Source: the human T2T-CHM13v2.0 reference genome, Homo sapiens. From it: 64,000 bases of DNA. Shown here in pieces: positions 24,948-38,125 of this stretch. Position numbers and translations under genes: made by a program. The DNA is taken from the NCBI RefSeq assembly GCF_009914755.1, contig NC_060932.1. The stretch is one strand, 5' to 3'. The number at the start of each line of letters is the position of its first letter. Position 1 is the first letter of the stretch. The notes under the pieces were generated by a model. The model was not told the DNA's origin. It made no database searches and saw only the letters and a program-made list of their open reading frames with translations.

Positions 24948-27461
24948 GAGTTAAAGAACAGATTTTTTGCTGTGTAGAGTACCTTCAACACTGGGTAACA
25001 TTTATTCTGACCGGATCATTATGGGCTGGATTGACTAGAACAATATTTAAGAAAGCATTTCTCAGAATAATGAATGGCAGGAAATACCATAGTTAATTAA
25101 TAATTGACTGGTTTGTAATTATGTGCTATCTACACCCATAAAGAAATTGAGAAGCTCATAAAATGCACATATAAATAAGAGTTAATTATGTGAATAAGTT
25201 TAAATGTTTTTATGACAATTTAAAATTATTTTACTTTTATAAGACTTCCATGTAGGTACTAGCACTTTCATTAATGTGCTTGCTATTTTTCACTTAAATT
25301 TTTATCTCTATGAAAACCTAACACCTTCGAGAAACGGATTCATGTGCACGTTTCTGTTGCTAAACTGTGGCAGGAACATCAGACCTTAATAAGAGAAGGG
25401 TGAGGAACCACAACTGCATATGTAGTATTCACAGTAGGAGAAAAGTGATACTAATATACCATGTAGAAAAAAAGCACAACAAAATAAGATACCATTTAGC
25501 ACACACAGACAAACATGTTTGCTGCTTTGTTTCTTGTGACTGACAGACGCTCTTACTTACTCCGAGTCTTTGAGGTAATAACTGCTTGGAAGATGGCCGA
25601 AGAGGAGGTGTTGACATGCAAGAGTGGCTATTTTAAAGGAGCACGAACCATGGGCTAATAAGCGCCTGCGATGTGGCCACTTCAAGCCCACATGCTGCCA
25701 GCACCATGTCCTCGTCTGGCGTGGACATCCAAGGGCGGAGGAAGAGCTGAACCCTCCACAAAGGTTCCATTTGTATGCAGAAACAATGTCCACAGTAGGC
25801 GAGGGTTTTCTTTAAAATCATTAGCGTAGCTAAATTTCAAAGTTCAAGTAAAAATTGTTTTTTACAGATTGGGAAGTCCTCTCCGTTGTACCCATCAGCA
25901 GAAGGTGTGTGTGTTCAAGGCAAAGCGATCAGAATTGAGTGCAGAATTGACCTCTGTCGGAATGTTCCGCATCCTAGGTCTCCTGTCCCTCGCTGCCACT
26001 GCGATGTCTGCTGGAGACAGACTGTGCCTTCACGGTCAGACAATGCCCTCCTGGACTCTTCTGGCTTTGTAATGTGCCTGCTCTTCAGCCAACGGGGCCT
26101 TCTGGAAGGAGTGAAGGCCAGTAGTCAGAGATGCTGGTGCAAACCTATGCTCTGTCATTCCCAGACTCGGTGTTCTTGGGTGAATCCTCTCCCTGTCTGT
26201 TTTCTGGGAATAATAAGAACCTGTCACTTCTGTCTTTGCGGGCTGCTGTGAGGATGGTTTGCTATGCTGTAATATGAAAGGACCATGCAGATGATAAAAT
26301 GACCCACAGAAAAAGCTGGTATTCTCATTATCATCATTTAAAATACTACAGGTGAACTTTCTGTGTAAGTAGAGGTTCTTTGCAGAAACATTTTTGTTTT
26401 AAATTTCTGAAAAGACTCTATCCTTGAACAGAATATGTGGCAGAGGGATTTGTCCGTATTCATGTCTCATTACAAACATCTCTTCTGGTTAAAAATGCAA
26501 ATGCAGCTGACAGGAGAGGACAGATGCTTGGCTAGAAGCCTTCTGACTGTCATCCTCAGCTGCCCCTCAGCAGTAACTACAAAGCCTGCTTCCTCAAAAG
26601 CTACTCCTGGTATTTGCTGGGTTGTGCCCTTTTCTTTTTTTTTTCTTCTTTTTTTGCTTTATGCACAAAGTGAGCAGCACAAAGGCATGATCTCATGGCC
26701 ATTGTAGCATGGGCAACTTTGGGTTAAATTGCTTTGGTCTCTATTTAATTTGGTTATTTTTCTCCCACATGCTTTTGCACTGTCCGGAAAATGAGCTTTT
26801 TCATGATTACTCTCAGTGTGCTGAGACTAGTCAGCAGCGTTGAAAGATTCTTTGTCTCTGCACAGCCAGCCCAGGGCTCACGGACACACTTTACTATCCT
26901 GCATCCACACTCCCTTTTCCTTTGTGTGTAAATTCCCGAGAATGAAGGAACCGTTTTACCCCCTCATGTTTCAGGATGCTCTGCTAAGGCGAGAACCTCA
27001 CAGTACATGAAAGCACCTGTAGGGCTCCTGTCTGAGGAGCCACCCACCTATGTCTGCATCCAGTCCGCTCCTTTACAAGATTAAAGTGGCCCGGCTGAGA
27101 CACTGCTTCTTAGAAGGTAAGTTACACTCAGAAAAGTCTTATCTGAAAAATCGTGTTTGACTGTTAACAGATCTAATGTTATTCTTTAAAAAAATATAGT
27201 CCAACTTATAGAAATTTCTCATTGAGAGACTATCTAAACAGTGAACAGTGACCAAACACAAGTCCTCTGCTAGGGTAGGAACAGCCGCACAATCACAATC
27301 TGAGAATGTCTTGAAACATGCACACACAAGGGACTCTACCGCCAGACCTCACCACCACCCAGGCCATCCCCATCACCAGCTCTCCCGCCAGTGGCTCCGC
27401 TAGTCCAGGCGGAGCACAGGACTCTAGTTTAATAAGCTCCTCAGGTGACTATGCTGCATCA

Positions 27462-27952
27462 TGCCAACCTAAACATCAAAAAGAGAGAGTCTGTCTTAAA
27501 ACAAAACAAAACAAAACAAAACAAAGGCATGTACTGGGGAATAGGGGATTTCAATGGGAATATGTGCGCCATGGTAAACTATGTGAGGATTCAGGCAGGC
27601 AAACAAAGAGAAAGGTTTTTAGAGAAAAAAAAATGAGGATTATGTCATTGTTTTGAGAGAATTATCCTTGGCTCTGGATCCTAGGATCAATAACAAGGGT
27701 GACGTCAGTCCGAGGTTGGACAGGCCTGCTGGGCAGATGTCCTCAAGGAAGTATTTTTTGTGTAAGGTTGTGATGTCCTATGAGCAAGCGTGGGTTTGCA
27801 GTCTCCTGTGACAGTTTTTGTTGTTGGGTGAACAAGCCTCAGGATGCACTCTCCGTGGCCTTCCCTGCTCCAGTTGCCAGGGTTTTTTTGGTTTTGTTTT
27901 TGTTTTTGCTTTTAATAAAAGTGATTCCATTTTGATTCTGACAACTTTCAGA
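27462..27952 (-). mobile_element. ERV1 solo LTR (MER31-like) nested in a MER5-type DNA transposon fragment
   Basis: Termini tgccaacctaaa...ccattttgattctgacaactttca; internal ggatcaataacaagggtgacgtcagtccgaggttggacaggc. Flanks aataagctcctcaggtgactatgctgca | aggtttggaaaatactg resemble a split MER5 end. Confidence 0.82.
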
Positions 27953-28291
27953 GTTATCAGGTTTGGAAAATACTGCTCGACATTGTCCTGGAATCCATAC
28001 CACAAAAGACAGAATTCTTTTTTTTTTTTTTAAATTGGAATTAGAGTTCTCAATATCACTTCCCTGGTAGAGTTGGTCAAAATGCCACCCTCCAGATGCC
28101 TCATTTGACTAGTTTTTGGCTGCTATGCTGTTAATATTTTAATTAGTGAACCAGGTTGGACTTATTCTCAGAGTGTTTCAAGAGTAGGTAAAACATGTTC
28201 ATTCTCTTGCTGAAAGTAAACACATATTGTTGGAAGGTAAATGAGATGTTTCCATAGGTTTCTATTTGCACATATGAAACTAAGCAAGTTA

Positions 28292-28437
28292 TTTTTTTTT
28301 CTTTGAGACAGAATCTCACTCTGCAGTCCAGGCTGGAGTGCAGTGGTACAGATCATAGCTTACTACTAAGCAATCCTCCCACCTCAGCCTCCCGAGTAGC
28401 TGGGACCACAGGTGCACACCACTATGCCCAACTAATT

Positions 28438-28473
<36 letters not shown>

Positions 28474-28508
28474 ATGCTGGGATTACAGGTGTGAGCCACC
28501 ACGCTGGG
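28292..28508 (-). mobile_element. AluJ with most of the left arm missing and a (TA)n(CA)11 microsatellite at the linker
   Basis: Right arm, then tatatatatat acacac..., then only tgctgggattacaggtgtgagccacc of the left arm. Confidence 0.88.
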
Positions 28509-29637
28509 ATGCAGATGATTCTTTTCAGAGCCTTTCTCCAGCAACCGACCACGTTAGTCAGTCAAACCTGGAGTTAAGGTATTTATAGCCCTGAAAATAA
28601 AGAACTAGAGACTTTCCTACTCAAAAACCTAGCGCCCAGCTTTCTCTCCCTGTTTCCAATGAGCACAGGCTGTAATGCATTCACAGGAGGGAATGCCATC
28701 TCATTTGCTTTCTATTTGTTTGAATAAATCTACTTGCAGTAGCTTTTATACTTTTGGTGAAACAAAGGTTGACTTTTTGAAAAAAAATGCTATTTTCAAG
28801 TCCAGATCACGTCCCATACACAGAGTATTCAATGTCAGAATAATTATGTCCTAGGAAGAAATTTATATGAAACATGAGTCACTGTTTAAATTAGGGAAGT
28901 TGGCAAATTAATAAAAGTGAGTGTTCCAGGAGAAACCTTCTGCAAATTATTCACAGTTGCTGCCAAATCCCTTGCCAACGTGTTTGAGACTGAGTACCAT
29001 TAAAAATCGTGCTTTTAATACACACGTTATACAAGGCCTGCACCTCAGTCACTGTGGAGTGTGGGTGGTTGGCCAGGGATGGGGGCTGGGGAGAAAAGCT
29101 GACTTCCAATCTCATTAAATAACTGAAATGAGGTATCCATGTGCTTTCCAACTGCGAGAACAACAGTGTAATTAAGCAGAGTGTGAATGCACTGAAAGCA
29201 GGTGAATCACTTCATATTTCACAACGGTGAGGTGGGATTTGCTCACAGCTAGAGGCACGGAGGCTACCTGGGTCCATCTGCAGATCAGCCAGTTCTCTTA
29301 TGGCAACAACTTTCCCAGTGAATCTTTGCATTGTTTGCTTCTGTCAGATGACTGGAGGTCTCCTGAAGAACAATTGTCAAAAACATGTTAATTCCTTGAG
29401 GCAACCTTTAGAAGGCATTGGAAGCATCAGAAAGCAGCCTGAGCCCACAAATCCACAAACAAGCATCCCTCTCAGGCAAAGGCCACTCCGCCTGTCAACA
29501 CCGAGAAGGAGGGAGGCCATTCAGTCACAGTGAAAGAAGCCGGACCCGGGGAGATGCTGATTACAATGCACACGTCAAGTCGCTCTGTTTGACCAGCACG
29601 ATACATAAATTGTAAGCTATTTGAAAGCAAACTTCTT

Positions 29638-30540
29638 TTTAAAATTTTTTTTATTTCCATAGGTTTTCGGGGAACAGGTGGTATTCGGTTGCATGATTAA
29701 GTTCTTTAGTGGTGGTTAATGAGATTCTGGTGCACCCATCACCCGAGCAACATACACTGAACCCAATCAGTAGGTCTTTTATCCCTCACTCCCCCTCCCA
29801 CCCTTTCCCCCTGAGTCCTCAAAGTCCATTGTGTTATTCTTAAGGCTTTGCAGACTCATAGCTTAGCTCCCACTTATGAGTGAGAACATAAGATGTTTGG
29901 TTTTCCATTCCTGAGTTACTTCACTTAAAATAATGGTCTCTACCTCCATCCAGGTTGCTATGAATGCCATTATTTTGTTCCTTTTTTTGGCTGATTAGTA
30001 TTCAATGGTCTATATATACCACAGTTTCTTTATTATCCACTCATTGATTGATGGGCATTTGGGTTGGTTTCATATTTTTGCAATTGCGAATTGTGCTGCT
30101 GTAAATGTGTGTGCAAGCATCTTTTTCAAATGGCTTCTTTCCTCTGGGTAGATGCTCAGGAGTGGGATTGCTGGGTCAAACCGTAGTTCTACTTTTGGTT
30201 CTTTAAGGGATCTTCACACTGTTTTCCATAGTGGTTGTACTAGTTTACATTCCCACCACCAGTGTAGAAGTGTTCCCTTTTTACTGCATCCGTGCCAACA
30301 TCTACTATCCAGAATCTACAACAAACTCAAACAAATTAGCAAGAAAAAAGCAAACAATCCCATCAAAAAGTAGGCTAAGGACATGAATTGATAGTTCTCA
30401 AAAGATACACAAATGGCCAACAAACATAGGAAAAAATGCTCAACATTACTAATGATCAGGGAAATGCAAATCAAAACCATAGTGCGATACCACCTTACTC
30501 CTGCAAGAATGACCATAAGCAAAAAATCAAAAAACAATAG
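29638..30540 (-). mobile_element. 5'-truncated L1PB (L1PB1-like) with an inverted 5' segment
   Basis: Antisense 3' end ttatttccataggttttcggggaacaggtggta to 30307, then sense tccagaatctacaac...aaaaaacaatag. Degenerate TSD gaaagcaaacttctt / gaaggtaaagttctt. Confidence 0.9.
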
Positions 30541-31197
30541 AAGGTAAAGTTCTTGAAAGCATTCTGGCTTTAAAGACCTCTGACAGTGTGTGCAGGTGGG
30601 GAGAGGAGGGAGGTTTGCCCCCAGGAAGTCGGCTTGCCGCCTTTCTTCTCCTTGCTGATCTGGCTTGACCCTGGTCTGACCTTGCTCCGCGGTTGCTCTC
30701 TGCTGCAGCTCACCACAGCCCCTCCCATCCCACCCCACAGATGCTAGCTTTTGGCTCAAGCCTGGGCCAACATCCATTCCTTCCTGCTAAGGCCCACAGC
30801 AGCTGCATCCCAGCCAGCGCCGACCCAAAGAGGATGACACACTCGATTTTAAAGGCAAAAGGAAACTTCAAGGAAAATGTGTTTCAAGTCCTAACAGAGA
30901 AAGAGGAACAGAGTCATTAGTCCAAATGAACTCAGCTGCAGGGTTGTAGGCTCCAACATTAATTCCAAATGTCCTATCTTCCATCTGGTCGAATGCTGAT
31001 CTATTGCAGCACTGATCTTCCCTTGAATTCAACTATCTTTTAGGTTTTTAAAACTCTTTAATTTTGAATAAATCACAGGTACAAAATAACACCCAAAAGT
31101 TTAATGATTTCCTGTAAGGATAACACTGGCAGTGACACCGGCCGCCCCTCCACAGTCCCATCCCAGCCTCAACACCCTCCTTCTCTCTGGAAGGTGA

Positions 31198-31572
<375 letters not shown>

Positions 31573-32025
31573 CATCCCCCACTTTTTATCATTGTAGTTC
31601 GTCACATTGTCAGAGCACATAGCACATATATGATGTTCTCTTTCTTTCAATCCTCATTTATCTTAGTTTTACAAAGAACTATACCTTCAATTTTTACCAC
31701 CAATACTTAAGTTGATGTGTCTCTCATTCTTCTGGTTGTCTTGAAATGAGTTGTCAAAGATTCCTCTAAATGTGTTCCTGGGAATAATATTTCCTGAGTT
31801 ATTGCACGTTGATAACAGTTTTTCTGTTCCATGTATACCTGCAAGTAAGTTTGCTATATGTATGTAAAATCTTGGCTTATTTTATTTTCTTAGGTATTGT
31901 AAAAATGTTACTCCATTTTCTTCTTTTGTAAAGTCAGAAAGTTAGATAGTTATCTTATTTCCTTTCCTGGTTAAGTTACCTACCCTTTTTGAGCATACAC
32001 CCACATGGCTTCTTGCTCTTTAAAG

Positions 32026-32190
32026 TCCAGTTATTGGATTAGAATGTGCCTCGGTGTAAGCTGGCTGGAGCAGTAGTCTATCCAGTTATTGGATTAGAAT
32101 GTGCCTCGGTATAAGTCGCCTGGAGCAGTAGTCTATCCAGTTATTGGATTAGAATGTGTCTTGGTGTAAGTCGCCTGGAGCAGTAGTCTA
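32026..32190. repeat. 55-bp tandem triplication inside HAL1
   Basis: tccagttattggattagaatgtgcctcggtgtaag...ctggagcagtagtcta starting at 32026, 32081 and 32136. Confidence 0.95.
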
Positions 32191-32876
32191 AGGTGAAGGA
32201 TGAGCTTTTCATTCTTTAAATCTTTAAATGTTCTCGTACTGCAGAGCACCTTCTCGGCTTGCGCATCTGTGCCTCTGCTTGGTGCCCTGGCTTTGCTTTT
32301 TGCCTTCAGCATCTCCCGTTATCCTTGTGTTTAATCTTCTTTACCTATTTTTAATGTGTCACTTTCTGTTGAATTTTTTTAATCTTTGTCATTTCTGTTT
32401 TATTTTTACAATCTTTCCTCGTTCACACCCTCTATTCCTCTTTATTTGCTCTTATTTTCCTTCTAGTTTAGTCTCCATTTCAGAAATGATGTTTTTCTCG
32501 TATGCCACAATTCTATCTCACTTTATTGCCTCACAGTGTTCTAATTCTGATTTATGTTACTCTTTATAGTTTTGGGCCATTTCCTTAAAGTATCTCAGTG
32601 CATCATGAACTGAGAGGTTGCAGTTTTGCCCTGCTGTGTGGGAACTTCTTGTGGGGCACTTTCATTATCTGTAGGCATTTCATTCTGTTCTCTACTCTCT
32701 ATTTTCTTATATTAATTTTGTGCGGGATTTACCTTCAATACTTTTCTAATGTTAATTTTTATGTAAAATTGGATATCCTGAAGTTTTAGAAAAAGTGGGA
32801 TTCAATGTAGATGTTTAAAACTTTATGAAGTCCCTCTTTGGTTGTTTTTATGTGATGTTAAAAAATATGGAAGTTT

Positions 32877-33243
<367 letters not shown>

Positions 33244-33298
33244 CTAGACCTTCTCTTCACTTGGTCTTCATTGTCCCTGCCCTTCATTTTTTTGTTTT

Positions 33299-33456
33299 AC
33301 CTCATATATATATGTCTCAAAAAATATATATATATATAACCTCATATATATATATAACCTCATATATATATAACCTCATATATATATATAACCTCATATA
33401 TATATAACCTCATATATATATATAAAACCTCATATATATATATATATAAAACCTCA

Positions 33457-33478
<22 letters not shown>
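33299..33478. repeat. (TA)n-rich minisatellite with aacctca spacers at an Alu tail
   Basis: Repeated acctcatatatata... units that merge into the poly-T of the next Alu. Confidence 0.93.
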
Positions 33479-33495
<17 letters not shown>

Positions 33496-33774
33496 GAGAC
33501 AGGGTCTCACTCTGTTGCCCAGGCTGGAGGACAGTTGCACAATCTTGGCTCACTGCAGCCTCCTCCCCCCAGGTTCGAGTTATTCTCCTGCCTCAGCCTC
33601 CTGGGTAGCTGGGATTACAGGCACATGCCACTATGCCTGGCTAATTTTTGTATTTTTAGTAGAGACAAGGTTTTGCCATGTTGGTTAGGCTGGTCTTGAA
33701 CTGACCTCAACTGATCCATCCACCTCAGCCTCACAAAGTTCTGAGATTAAAGGCGTGAACCACCGTGCCCAGCC
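33479..33774 (-). mobile_element. Alu (AluS-type)
   Basis: Full antisense dimer ending caccgtgcccagcc. Confidence 0.93.
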
Positions 33775-33936
33775 TACTCCCAATAATTTTTTTTCATTCA
33801 TAGAAAGGAGCCTGGCTTATCAGAATTAAGAGTTCCCGGGAGTCAGAGGCCCCAGTCCCTCAGTCCTTTTTGACTCATCAACTACTGGATGAGTAAACCC
33901 CACATGTGTCAGTCACAGCACTCGGGTTGACCTGCC

Positions 33937-34745
33937 GTGCTTCCCCATGGCGACTCCTGCACATCTGGGGTCATGGATGCTTCCCATGGTGATGTCTGCA
34001 CATCTGGGATCGTGGATGCATCCCATGGTGATGTCTGCACATCTAGGGTCATGGATGCTTCCCCGTGACAATGTCTGCACATCTGGGGTCATGGATGCTT
34101 CCCCACGGCAATGTCTGCACATCTGGGGTTGTAGATGCTTCCCCGTGGCAATGTCTGCACATCTGGGATTGTGGATGCTTCCCCGTGGCAATGTCTGCAC
34201 ATCTGGGATTGTGGATGCTTCCCCGTGGCAATGTCTGCACATCTGGGATCGTGGATGCTTCCCATGGTGATGTCTGCACATCTGGGGTCATGGATGCTTC
34301 CCCGTGGCAATGTCTGCACATCTGGGGTCATGGATGCTTCCCCATGGCAATGTCTGCACATCTGGGGTCGTGGATGCTTCCCATGGTGATGTCTGCACAT
34401 CTGGGGTCATGGATGCTTCCCCGTGGCAATGTCTGCACTTCTGGGGTCATGGATGCTTCCCCGTGGCAATGTCTGCACATCTGGGGTCGTGGATGCTTCC
34501 CCGTGGCAATGTCTGCACATCTGGGATTGTGGATGCTTCCCCGTGGCAATGTCTGCACATCTGGGATTGTGGATGCTTCCTCGTGGCAATGTCTGCACAT
34601 CTGGGATTGTCGATGCTTCCCCGTGGCAATGTCTGCACATCTGGGATTGTCGATGCTTCCCAGTGGCAATGTCTGCACATCTGGGATTGTCGATGCTTCC
34701 CTGTGGCAATGGCTGCACATCTGGGATCGTGGATGCTTCCCCGTG
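33937..34745. repeat. Minisatellite/VNTR, 40-bp unit with 39-bp variants, ~20 copies
   Basis: ggatgcttccccgtggcaatgtctgcacatctgggattgt with ggggtcat and cccatggtgat variants. Confidence 0.97.
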
Positions 34746-36722
34746 CTCCATGTGAGCCTCTGCTTCCTCTTACACAGAGACCAACATCATGCGTTCTGAA
34801 GGATTTTGGTTTAACCTCATCCGAATATAGTTTAGGGTCTTTAGTCACTTAGTTTTATTAATGATGTTTTGGGTTTTGCTACCTAGTTGAGATTCAAAAA
34901 TGCACTGTCTCTCCCAGCTTCCAAGAATCCTGCAGGTTTGAAAACTTTAAAAGATCATAGAATTTTTATTCTGCTTATCTTAAATCAAATCCACTTAATT
35001 TGAACAGCTTTAAAAGTTTTTTTCACAAACTGGGAAAGAACCCTGTGCCAATGGGGCAAGTGGACGTCAGCTACTACCCTATACCATTGTCCCACAACGC
35101 ACATAGGCCAGCACAGTGTACCACAGCTCCAAGCTGATCTACATTAAGAGGAAGAGAAGAGGCCCATTGCCTTCCCTGAGCATCTAAAAAGTCTCTTGTG
35201 ACATAGTGAGTTTTTGCCAAACCTGATTTTCAGAGGTAACCTGACCCCTCGTAACTCACCCTTACAGAGTCACCATTTAAAGCACAAGTGCTGACGGCAT
35301 CATGACCTGCAGTTCCTCCTGCATCAGAGATGGCTGTGAGGATTATCATGGGTGGGCTGGGTGCAACCATCTCATGCAATGGTAACAGTTCCTGACTCAG
35401 GTGCTGAGAGCGTGTTGTTTCTCGCCATCCATACATCATGGTAACAGTGTTCATGCTGCCACCCACCTCATCACCTCCTAAGGCAGGTGTCGTTCCTGCA
35501 TTCCAAGCACATGCCTCAAACTACCCAATTTGTGCTACCTTGGACAGCTGGTACTGCCTCCTATTTAGTCATTCTCATTTATTACTCGACACTATCACTC
35601 ACTGGTACCATCTTATTAGGAGAATGAGAATGAATCCAGGTTACAATTTCTGCTAAGACTTGGTGAGTTTTTTCCTGACTTTGTTAATGGACTTCCTGTC
35701 AACATTCTACCATTTGCTAAAAGAAATGTGGAAGGAAAATACAGTCATGAAAATCTCAAAGTTGTGACTTTCCACATCAATGTCAGCCTTTGCTGTGAAG
35801 TACGGTAGAAACCTAGAGTCAGAAAGAACCTTGGAAAGCATCTACACTGTGTTTCAAGTCTCTTCTTCTGTAGATGAGAGGAAAAAACTACCAGGGAGGT
35901 AAAGCTCCTCTTCTAATTTCAGGCAAAAGTAGGGCAGAGGCCAGACCTGTTGTCCAGTGTCCTGAACACTGGCAAGGAGCTATTTCTCAGGGTTGGCAGG
36001 CGCGCTTAACAGCTCCTCCTGCACACCCCACAGCTTCAGTGGAATACTTTCAGGAGACATTTAACCCTTTCAGGCCATGGAATTATCACATGAACAATGC
36101 AATGAAAAGAGGAATAGAGTCTATGAGTGACACATGAAGAGCTAGTAGAATACTGAAAGTGAACTAGTGACGATGTCATATTTAAACTGAAGGTTCTCAT
36201 AGAAGAATAAAAAAGAATTAAGATTAGTACAAGTAATAAAATCACCATTTCTATTCAAAGACAGAAATGTTAAAATAAGGAAGTGTGGCAGAATTTGCCA
36301 AATTCAATAGCGTCAAAAAATAAAATCTTTTTGAATCAAAGATTCTTGTGATCAACTTCAAAAATCAATTCAGAGGATTGATTGCCTCCCAAAGCACAAA
36401 ATGAACATATTAAGCTGATCCTGCAGCTATAAACTGCTATACGTATAAAGATGCACTTAATCCCCGAATCCTTGGGTGACTGAGTTTAAACGTACATTAA
36501 AAGCCATGAACAATACTCCATGGGGAAGCTTAGAATTCTTCGTTGAAATTTCTCAACTCTAACTCTTCATGTCATGCCCCATATGCGGTTAGACTGACTA
36601 AATCTATAGTTATCTGTCACCATGATGCTGTTTTTAATTGAAATATTTGTGTAGTTAGGATTCACTGACCCAAATCTAGAACTGCCAGGGAGAAAGTCGC
36701 CAAGTCAAAAACGAGTGTCACC

Positions 36723-36946
36723 CACGGTCCAGGTCACCCACGGTCCAGGTCACACACGGTCCAGGTCACCCACGGTCCAGGTCACGCACGGTCCAGGTCA
36801 CCCATGGTCCAGGTCACCCACGGTCCAGGTCACACACGGTCCAGGTCACCCACGGTCCAGGTCACGCACGGTCCAGGTCACCCACGGTCCAGGTCACGCA
36901 CGGTCCAGGTAACTCAAGGTCCAGGTCAAGCACGGTCCAGGTCACG
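36723..36946. repeat. Minisatellite, 16-bp unit cacggtccaggtcacN, 14 copies
   Basis: Direct read. The final base runs c,a,c,g,c twice, giving an 80-bp block duplication. Confidence 0.97.
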
Positions 36947-37349
36947 CAGGGCACTTGCACCTCCTGGCCCTGCTCCGCCATCTTACAGGAATTCAGTCCC
37001 CCAAAACACATGAAGGCAAACACCCAAGTCATGCGTATGTCTCCAGAGAAAACAGCAAGGCCGTGAAGTCACACTGTGGATTCTCCTGCCCCGTCCACGG
37101 CAGCCACTCTTGACCTGCCTCATGATCGTCTACATCAACACCAGGCCCTGACTCAGTTTCAGTTTTCCCGTTTCTGCCCCTTGAACTTGGCCTTGACCCT
37201 CGATGCTCGCTGGTCTTGGTCTCACATTTACCCTCCACTTCTTCAGCTTCTTTGCCACGTTGGAGGATAGACTACCTGGGCTAAGTCAGCTCACTTGGAC
37301 AAATATAGGAGCTCAGGTGAGTCAAGTTCTTTGATGTTGCTATTTCTAA

Positions 37350-37480
37350 TGTTGCTTCCATTTCCTTATCTGAAAAATGGGCATTAAAAAGACTTCACAT
37401 TGTTTGGTGATACTTGAGTGAGAAATTGCACATAAAGATGTTGGCACCGTGCCAAGCTCTCAGCAATCATGAGCCATTTT
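37350..37480 (+). mobile_element. MIR SINE fragment
   Basis: tttccttatctgaaaaatgggcattaa...gcacataaagatgttggcaccgtgcc. Confidence 0.55.
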
Positions 37481-37992
37481 ACATTATTTTATGGGGAATT
37501 TTTCTCTGGGGAGGCCCACAGAATCAGACTTGAAGGATACTTAGCCAAAAACAAAACCTAAATCGTATCCCTGAAGATACGGCTACTTCCACACTGGGCA
37601 CAGGCACATGACTCTCACTGCAATGCAGGGCAGGCTCTTCCAAGGAGGCCTCTGAACTCTGGGTTCCGATCTCTCTCCCACAGCACTGCCCTCTTTCATC
37701 CCTGTGCTCAGAATCTAAAAACGCTGTACACAAGTGGAAAAAGCCAGGGCATACCTGGGCCTGAGTTGCCAATAAAAGCTTGGAAAGCAGTTCCTGAGCT
37801 CTCCCTTAGAGAGGCAAGATTCATAGGGGAATAATTCCCTCAAACATAATAGAGATTTGCATATGTCAATAGGTGAGCAGTGGCATTACAAGTGACTATC
37901 ACATCAAGGAGAACGAGGGTGTCCTCCTCTGCAGACCACAGCAATTCAGCACTGCGCACGATGCTGAATAGGGTCATAAATGCTTTTGCCAA

Positions 37993-38125
37993 TGTGTCTG
38001 TTTCCTAACCCTGGACTCTGACGCCTAAAGAACAGATCCAGGCTTTCACCATATTTGCTTCCCTTGTGTCTAGGATGGTGCCTGGTACATAGGAGGTCCT
38101 AATGCCCAGTTGCTGCACAGTTGGT
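37993..38125 (+). mobile_element. L2 3' end fragment
   Basis: tgtctaggatggtgcctggtacataggaggtcctaat. Confidence 0.55.

Noticed and set aside
33913-34852. Cys/His-rich ORFs resembling zinc fingers
   Set aside because: Products of the 40-bp VNTR on both strands; no C2H2 spacing or TGEKP linkers.
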